This document shows positions 30,001 through 39,000 of a stretch of DNA of 64,000 bases, one piece after another; the stretch's first letter is position 1, and every line of letters begins with the position of its first letter. The translations under genes were made by a program, and so were the position numbers. Source of the DNA: Candidatus Levyibacteriota bacterium (lineage in GTDB: Bacteria; Patescibacteriota; Microgenomatia; Levybacterales; UBA12049); assembly GCA_052034235.1 (NCBI GenBank), contig JBPOIT010000009.1, positions 8,203 through 72,202 of the forward strand, in the 5' to 3' direction. The notes under the pieces are model-generated. The model was not told the DNA's origin, made no database searches, and saw only the letters and a list, made by a program, of their open reading frames with translations.

Positions 30001-33000
30001 CACTCACCGGTAATGTCACCGCCAGTGCTGATCTTGCAGTCAACGGCGGAGATCTCACAACAACATCCGGCACTGCTGCCCTCTTCAATACTGGTGCAAC
30101 AACACTTAATATAGGCGGCGCTGCAACGACTGTTTCAATCGGCAACGCAGCTGGTACAACAACAGTCAATGGTGGTTTGACAGTTGCTAATGGTGAGACA
30201 TTCACTGCCGGCGGTCAATCAACCTTCACACCAACCGGTACCAATGGCATTGCTATCACAACCGATGCAGATTCATTCTTAACAATTGACGGCTTGGCAG
30301 CAGTAACAGGAGGTACACTTTGTGTCAACACGTCAGACCAGGTCGGAACCTGTTCAGCAGCTTCATTCAGTCTGCAAGCTGCGTACGATGCCGGCAATAA
30401 TATTACAACAACCGATGCAAAGCCTATCGACTTTGTCCTTGCAAACACCACAACAGACAGTAACTTCTCAGTTACAACTGCTGATGGATCAATTGGTCAT
30501 TCAGTCTTTGCAAGAGCAAATGGTGTCGGCACATCCGATCCAGCACAGTTGATCCTTGTTGACAATCTTGATACAAACCGTGCAGTTGCAGCTGGTATTA
30601 AAGTCCAAGCAGCTAGCGGCGGTATCACCAACGGTATTGATCTTTCAGACGCAGAAATCCTTAATGCTCTCTCACTTGGCGATAACGATATCATCTCAAC
30701 CAACTTCACACTCACCGGTTCAAATGGTAATTTGACAACAACAGGTGCAATTGCTGCGAACGGCGGTACCATTTCAACTGATGACACAACCTTCACCTTG
30801 GTCGATGCAAATGCAACAACCGTCAACTTTGCAGGCGCTGCAACAACACTTAACATTGGTGCAGGAAGCGGTACAGCAACAATCAATAACCAGACAATCA
30901 GTCTGCCAAACGCAACAGCACTTAGTGCAAGTGGTGCAACAGTGACAATTGATGCAGCTACTATCGGTGGTGGTTACGGATCAGCTGGCGTCAGTATCAC
31001 CAATGCCGGCAACATCTCAGCAAACGGTGCTTTGATCGTTGATGGTACTTCAACACTCACCGGCAATGTCAGTACCAATGGTGATATCGCAGTCAACGGC
31101 GGAGATGTCACCACAACATTTGCAACAGGAAATCTGTTTAACTCAGGAGCTACAACGCTTAACATCGGCGGTGCTGCGACAACAGTTTCACTTGGAAATG
31201 CTGGCGGTACCACAACAATTAACGGCAACTTAACACTCGGTGCAGATAAGACACTGACAACAACCGGTGCTGTCTCTCTCACTCCATCCGGCACATTGGA
31301 TGTTGCAATCACAACCGATTCAGATTCATTCCTAAACATCAGCGGTTTGACAACAACAACAGGTGCACAGCCAACCCTTTGTGTAGACGCAACGAACAAC
31401 GTTGTCAAATGTGACTTAACTGCAAATGCCAGTCTCCAAGCTGCCTATGACAATGGCAACAGTATCGCCACAACCAACAATCGCAATATTGATTTCACAT
31501 TGACAAATGACGTTACCGATTCAAACTTCTTAATCACAACAGCTGATGGTTCAACCGGTAAAACAATCTTTGCTCGAGCAAACGGTGCAGGTACAACTGA
31601 TCCAAGTCAGTTGGTTCTCATTAATAATGCTGATGCAAATCGCCCATTGCCTGTTGGTCTCGCAATCACCTCTTCAGGTGGCGGCGGTGTCACAACTGGT
31701 ATTGATTTGTCAGATGCTTCAATTGATGATGCATTGGTTCTCGGCGCAAATGACGTCGTCGGCTCAAGCTTCACCATTGATGGTTCTAATGGCAACATCC
31801 AAACTTCTGGAACTGCTGCAATCAACAGCGGCACCATTTCAACAACATCATCAACCGGCTCACTTTTTGATACCAACGCAACAACGATTACTTTAGGAAG
31901 TGCAGCAACGACCTACACAATCGGTGCAACCAATGCGACAGGAAATATCCGTGGAACAACCATCAACTTCCCGAATGCGACAACAATTAATGGCACCGCT
32001 GCAGCACTTAACGTTCTCTCATCTGCAATCGGCGGCGGTTACGGAACAGCTGGAACAACCCTTTCCGCAGCAGGTGACATTTCAGCCAACGGCGCACTCA
32101 TTGTTGACGGCACGTCAACATTAACAGGTGCTGTGACTGCATCAAACGGCGTGACCATTAACGGTGCTTCAACATCAGATTTGATTGCAGCCAAGACAAC
32201 AGCAAATCTCTTCAACACTGTTGCAACAACACTTAACATCGGCGGTGCAGCAACAACAATTAATATTGGCAATGCAGCAGGAACAACAACAGTTAATGGT
32301 GGTTTGACAGTTGCTAATGGTGAGACATTCACTGCCGGCGGTCAATCGAACTTCACACCAACCGGTACTGACGGTATCACCATCACCACAGATGCAGATT
32401 CATTCCTGACACTTAACGGCCTTGCTTCTGATCCTGGAACTGCTATTTGTATCGATGCTACAAACCATGTCATCACCTGTGACAACACATCACAAAACTT
32501 GCAAGCTGCATATGATGCTGGCAATAACATCACCACAACAGATGCACGATCCATCGACTTTGTTCTTGATGACACAACAACTGATAGTAACTTCAGTGTC
32601 ACAACAGCTGACGGTGCAACAGGTTACTCAGTCTTCTCAAGAGAGAATGGTACAGGAACAGCAGATCCAGCACAATTGATTTTGGTTGATAATGCAGATG
32701 CAAACAGACCAATCACAACCGGCATCAAAGTCACCTCCTCCGGCGGCGGCGGATTTGGAACTGGTATTGATGTTTCAGATGCAAGTATCACAACTGGCAT
32801 CGCACTTGGCGAAAACGACTTATCAGCAACCAACTTCTCGATCGTCGGCTCAACAGGTAACTTCTCAACCAATGGAGATCTTGAAGTAAAAGGCAATGAC
32901 ATCACGACAACAACAGCTGGTGTCGCTGCTGTCTTTAACACCAACGCAACAACCATTAACATCGGCGGTGCGGCAACGACATACACACTTGGCGCAACCA

Positions 33001-36000
33001 ATGCGACAGGAAATATCCGTGGTACCACGATTAACCTGCCGAACGCAACAACACTCTCAGCAACAAGCGCGACAGCGAATTTTGATATCGTCACATCGGG
33101 CGGCGGTTACAGTAACTCAGGAGTCACGCTTTCAACTGCCGGTGATATTTCAGCAAATGGCGCACTCATTGTTGATGGCACATCAACCTTGACCGGCAAT
33201 GTGACTGCAAGTGCTGATGTCGCAGTCAACGGTGGAGATCTTACAACTACTGCTGGAACAGCTTCGATCTTTAATGCCAGCGCAACCACCATCAATTTGG
33301 GTGCAGGCGCAACAACAGGTATCAACATCGGTAATGCAGCAGGTACCACAACAGTCAATAGTGCACTGACAGTTGCAGCAGCTAGAACCTTTACAGCGGG
33401 CGGCCAATCAACCTTTAATCCAGACAGCACCAATGATGTCACAATGAACCTTGATGCTGATTCATTCTTAACACTCGTCGGTCTTCAATCAGCAGCCGGC
33501 AGTGGTCTGTGTATTAACGCCACCAATCAAGTTGTTGCATGTAATGATGCATCAGAAGGTTTGCAAGCTGCATATGACAACGGCAACAGTATCACGACAA
33601 CAACTGCACGTGACATCGTCTTTAATTTGGATGACACAGCAACTGATTCAAAGTTTGCAATCAATACCCTCTCTGGTGCAGCTGGCGGTGTTGAAATCAG
33701 TAGAGCTGATGGTACCGGAACAACAGATCCAACACAATTAGTTTTGATCCAAAACCAGGATACCAACAGAGCATTGCCAATTGCACTTCGAATCACCGGT
33801 GTCGCAGGCGGCGCTGTCACAACAGCACTTGATGTTTCAAATGCAGATATTGTTACAGCAATTGCACTTGGCGCCAATGACATCACCGGCTCTGTCTTTA
33901 ATGTCACCGGCTCAAATGGTAATGTCACAGCAGGAAATGTCGCAGTCAACGGCGGAGACCTGACAACAACTGCTGGGACCTTTAACTTGGTAAATACTGG
34001 TGCGACAACACTTAATGTCGGCGGTGCTGCTACCACCTACACACTCGGTGCAACCAACGCAACCGGAAATATCCGTGGCACAACAATCAACTTCCCGAAT
34101 GCAACATCAATTGTCGGGTCAGCTGCAACAGCAAGCTTCGCACAACTCAACACAGGCGGCGGTTATGGTTCAACAGGAACGACAATCGAAGGCAATGGCA
34201 CAATTAAAACCAAAGGTAACCTGACAGTTGACGGCACTTCCCTCCTCTCAGGTATTGCAACTGCATCTGCAGGTTTGGTAATTGATGGTGTCACACAATC
34301 AAGTCTTATTGCAGTAAAATCAACAGCAAATCTGTTTAATACTGTTGCGACGACACTTAATATCGGCGGCGCAGCAACAACTGTTTCACTCGGAGCAACA
34401 GGTGGAACAACAACAGTCAATGGAGCATTAACCGTTGCAAGTGCGCAAGCATTCCAAGCACTTGGTAACGCAACGCTTGGAAATGGCGATGATACAATCG
34501 CACTTAACGGCACAACAATTACACTGACAGCAAATGGCGCAGGCAATGACATCACTGCAAATCTGGTTGACGACAACACAGATGCACTTGATATCCAGCA
34601 AGGTACAAACAACTACATCAACATCAACACCTCAAATGGTACTGAAGAAATTCAATTTGGTAACGTTTCAACCAACCCAGATTACACATTCCTCGGAACC
34701 AGTGCGATGACCGTTGGTGGAGATTTGATTGTTAACGGTGGCGACCTGTATGCAACATCTGGTACAACAGTTAACTTATTCAACACCGCACAAACTGATA
34801 ATTTGAACATCGGTACTGATGCAAATGCAACCGTTTCAATCGGCGGTGCAAGTACACTGACAACAATCAATGGCGGACTGACCGTTTCAAGTACAACACT
34901 GAACACCAATATCGGTTCCCCACTCGTCAACTTGTCAGGCAACAATGCAGTAATCGATATGTCAGGAACCGGCACACTCGGCATCAACACCACAACAGAC
35001 AGAGCCGTCAACTTCGGAGCCGGTGCATTTAGTATTGAATCAGCAACAGTAACACTTACCGGTACCAACCCAGCAATTGCTGCATCCGGTGCAAACAATC
35101 TGCAGATTAATGGCGGCGCATCAGGACTTGTTCAAATTAACAACACCTCAACAGGAAACGTCGAAATCGCCGGCGGTTCAGGTGCAACTGGTTGTACCAT
35201 CAATAACAGTACCGGCGCACTTACCTGTTCAGGAAATATCACCTCAAGTGGCAGCTCAGGAAGTGTTACTGTCGGTTACTTCAGTAAAGACTTCGCAACA
35301 GGTGTTATCTCAAATGCAACTGCGAGTGATACCCTTGCTGTGAGTACAACCAGTGTTACCCAGCCAGCACTCGCTCTCACCAACAGTTCAACTGCTGGTG
35401 CAGCAAGTGGCACAACATACATGCTTGATATCCTCCGCTCTGGTGCTAATGCAAATGCTACCCATACTGCATACGGTGTCAGATCACGAGTAACCAATAC
35501 AGGATCAGGTGAAACAAATATTGCCGGTTACTTCTCCGCTTCAGGTGATGGAACTGGGGCTTATTATGCAGGTATCTTTGATGCAGGGAATGTCGGTGTC
35601 GGAACAACTGCTCCAAATGATAAATTAGTTCTTGGTGCAGGAAACAACTTCGGTATCAATGTCGGAGCTCCAACAACACTCTCTCTCACACCAAATGTAG
35701 GTGGTGGTACATTTGCAGCTGGAACATATTACTACAAAGTGACAGCGCTTGATGCAGCTGGTAATGAAACAACAAACAGTACTGAAAGTAGTGCAACAGT
35801 TGCACTTAACGGAACTATCAATGTTGACTGGGCGGCTGTATCAGGTGCGACATCATATCGCATATACCGTGGAACATCATCCAATAATCAGACAGTTTAC
35901 TTCACATCAACAAGTGATGTGTATCTTGATACAGGAACAGCTGGAACAGCTGGAACACCTCCATCAACTGGTTTCAACAATGCATATGCAATTAAACTGC

Positions 36001-39000
36001 TTAACACAGGAAGTGCATACATCGGCGGAAACCTTGGAATCGGCGACGGCTCCCCTGCTGCCCCATTGACAGTAGGAAGTGGAGATCTGTTCCAGGTAGC
36101 ATCAACCGGTAACATTACCTTTAATTACACCAGTCCAATCATTAACTTTGCAAATACCGGATCACTCACATTAAGAGACGGCACCAATAACCTATTCACC
36201 TTTGCTGATACATCAAGCACTGCTACTACATTCAATGTCGGTGTAAATGGAACCACGAACGGACAAATCACCTTTGGATCAGTTGCCGGAGGAACTCAAT
36301 CCTCTATCGTATCGGAATCAGATGGTGACCTCTGGATCCAATCAGGAACTGCAACAACAATCGTCGGTCGTGGAACAGGTGATGTCTTAATTCAACCTCC
36401 ATCTGGCAATCAAACAACCGTCAACTTGCAGGGTTCAGGAAGTAACTTCCGTGTCCAAAACGCAGGCGCGACATTCTTTAACTTATCAAATCTTGGCGCT
36501 ACAACCTGGACTCAGCCATCAGCACAGAGCGTCACACTTGATGCCGTAACAAACGCCTCTACATTAAACTCATTAACAGCAGGTGTCTTTGATATCAATG
36601 TTGGTTCCGGTGTTAGTAGCAATGTTGGTTTCACACTTGACTACACAGGTAACAATGGCGCTGCAGCCAGTAGCAAGATGTATGGTCAGAGAATTAACCT
36701 TATCCAAAATGATGCAGACTCACAATTACTTGGTCTTACCATTGGTCTTTCAAGTGCGGTAACTAAAAGTGGTGCAAACATCGTTGACTGTCTCCTCTGT
36801 CTCTCAAATGCAGTTGCACAAACTGCATCTATCTCTGATGCAATCAGAATCACATCGACAGGCGCAACAGCTGGTTCAATAACAAACGGTATAAACATCA
36901 ACACCACAGATGTCACAACAGACATCGTTCTTCAGAATGGTGAAACGATTGATAACAATACCAACGGTGTAGTAACAATTGGTGGAGCAGATCTTACACT
37001 CTCTTCCGTTACTGGTGACTTAATATTTGGTAATGGTGAATCTATTAATAACGATACTAATGGAAGAATCACCGTTGCCGGAGCAGATTTGGCTCTCTCA
37101 TCCACAACCGGTGATGTGATCTTTGGAAATGCTGAATCAATTGATAACGATACTAATGGTGTTATCAACATAAATGGAGCCTTGCAAATTGATGCAACAA
37201 CTGACGATAATGAAAGACTCTGTCATAGTGGCGCTGATGGCGCTACTCAAACAAACATTCTTATTAGAGACTGTACAGTTTCTGGACAAGACTTTGCTGA
37301 ATGGTCAATTGTCGCCTCTTCCAGTGCAGAACCAGGAGATGTTGTTTATGTAGTCGGTAATGATCTTACGGATAACACATTAACATTGAAAGATATAACA
37401 ACAAATGCATACCAAAATAATGCATCAGGTATTATCAGTACCAATCCATTTATCGATATTCTTGGAGATGAACAATATAAAGGCAAAGCAGGTGCAAAAC
37501 CAATTGCACTTTCAGGCCGCGTCCCAGTTAAGGTTTCAACTATCAACGGTAATATAGCAGTCGGCGATCCACTCGTTGCATCGGCAATACCAGGCGTCGC
37601 TATGAAAGCCACCCAAAAAGGCATGATTATTGGTTTTGCAGAAGAAGCTTTCGATGGTACTGTCAGAGTAAGTGCACAGGTACTCAAACAAGAAGAAATA
37701 TTCAACAGTGATCTTGATGACCGTCAAGCATACAATTCTAATCCAGCAAATTGGGATTCTAGTGTGGGTAAGATCATGACAACTATCAATCCTTTCTTCT
37801 ACGATCCAACAAACATAGGACCTTCATATAATGGTCTGGGCAATTGGATTCATAACGGTAACTTCGATATCCTTGGGGATCTTACAGCGAGTGCGGCGGC
37901 TTTTGGCAATAATAGTGAATTGACGATTGATGGGACTGGGAATTTGACGACTACAGGTGCGGTTCAGACTCCTCTGCTTGATCTTTTGTCTGGAACGATT
38001 GAAGGATTGGGTGGGAATGTGATTAGTAAATTGGCAGCAGATTATACCGGACTGGATGCAAACAAATTTGTCTTTAAGAATGCAGTCAATGCAGATCTCT
38101 TCTCTATCGACAGTACGGGGAATGCAACATTGTCTGGAACGTTGACAACTAACGGCGGTAATTATGATTTGGCTGAAGATTATGCAACCAAAGATAAATC
38201 GTTGCAAGAAGGTGACGTTGTTTCAGTTGATGTTTTGTATGACGAACATGTCCAAAAATCAGCTGGAGCATATGATACAACAATAGTCGGCGTTTATTCT
38301 GAGAAACCAGGATTTAGATTGTCACAAACTGGATCTACTATTAACGGTGGACGTGCTGTTCCAATTGCACTTGCAGGTCGTGTACCAGTCAAAGTGAATA
38401 CAGAAAATGGTCCAATCAAAAAGGGTGACTATCTGACATCATCCTCCACCCCTGGCGTTGCGATGAAAGCAACCAAACCAGGACAAGTTCTTGGTAAAGC
38501 ACTTGCTGACTTTAGTGGAACGGGTGTTGGCAAAGTTGTTACCTTTATCAATGTCACCTTTGCAGATCCACAAAACAAACTTGCAATCCTGACAGATGAG
38601 GCAGCAGCACCTTCAGAGTTGAGTGCAGCAAATGTTACACTTCCAGCTAACTTAACAATTGATGGCCAGGTCGTAAATGGTTCACTCGCCGATGCACTGA
38701 CAGTTATCAGTGAAAATCTCAGTGCGAAATCTGTTTCTATCAATGCGCTGCAAGCAGATCTCTTCACAAAGACTGCTAAAGACGTTGAACAGGACACCAA
38801 ACTTGCAGAGCTCTCAGACAAACAAGCATCAGATGCAGCTAGCCTTGAGAACCAAGCCTCACTGCTAGGTGATAAAGTAGCGTCAAATGAAGCTATTATC
38901 GCTAATCTGAGTAAACAAATTGAAGATATCAATAATGCGTCCAGTTCTGCAGATGTGACAGCTCTTGAAGCCCGACTGAATGCACTTATTGCACAATTGA

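Larger units (their letters stand above)
3..34400 (+). repeat. 25 large intragenic modules (base period ~1.06-1.13 kb) built from ~105-aa GGGYG...NGGD sub-repeats
   Basis: First Cys codon of each C-x9-C motif: 81, 1173, 2265, 4419, 5511, 6636, 8793, 9906, 11013, 12141, 16356, 17244, 18333, 19458, 20583, 22026, 23151, 24258, 26004, 27129, 29265, 30321, 31380, 32448, 33510. Common spacings are 1092 and 1107-1128 nt, and 1056-1068 nt among the last five. Longer gaps hold extra sub-repeats or accessory cassettes. Confidence 0.93.
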
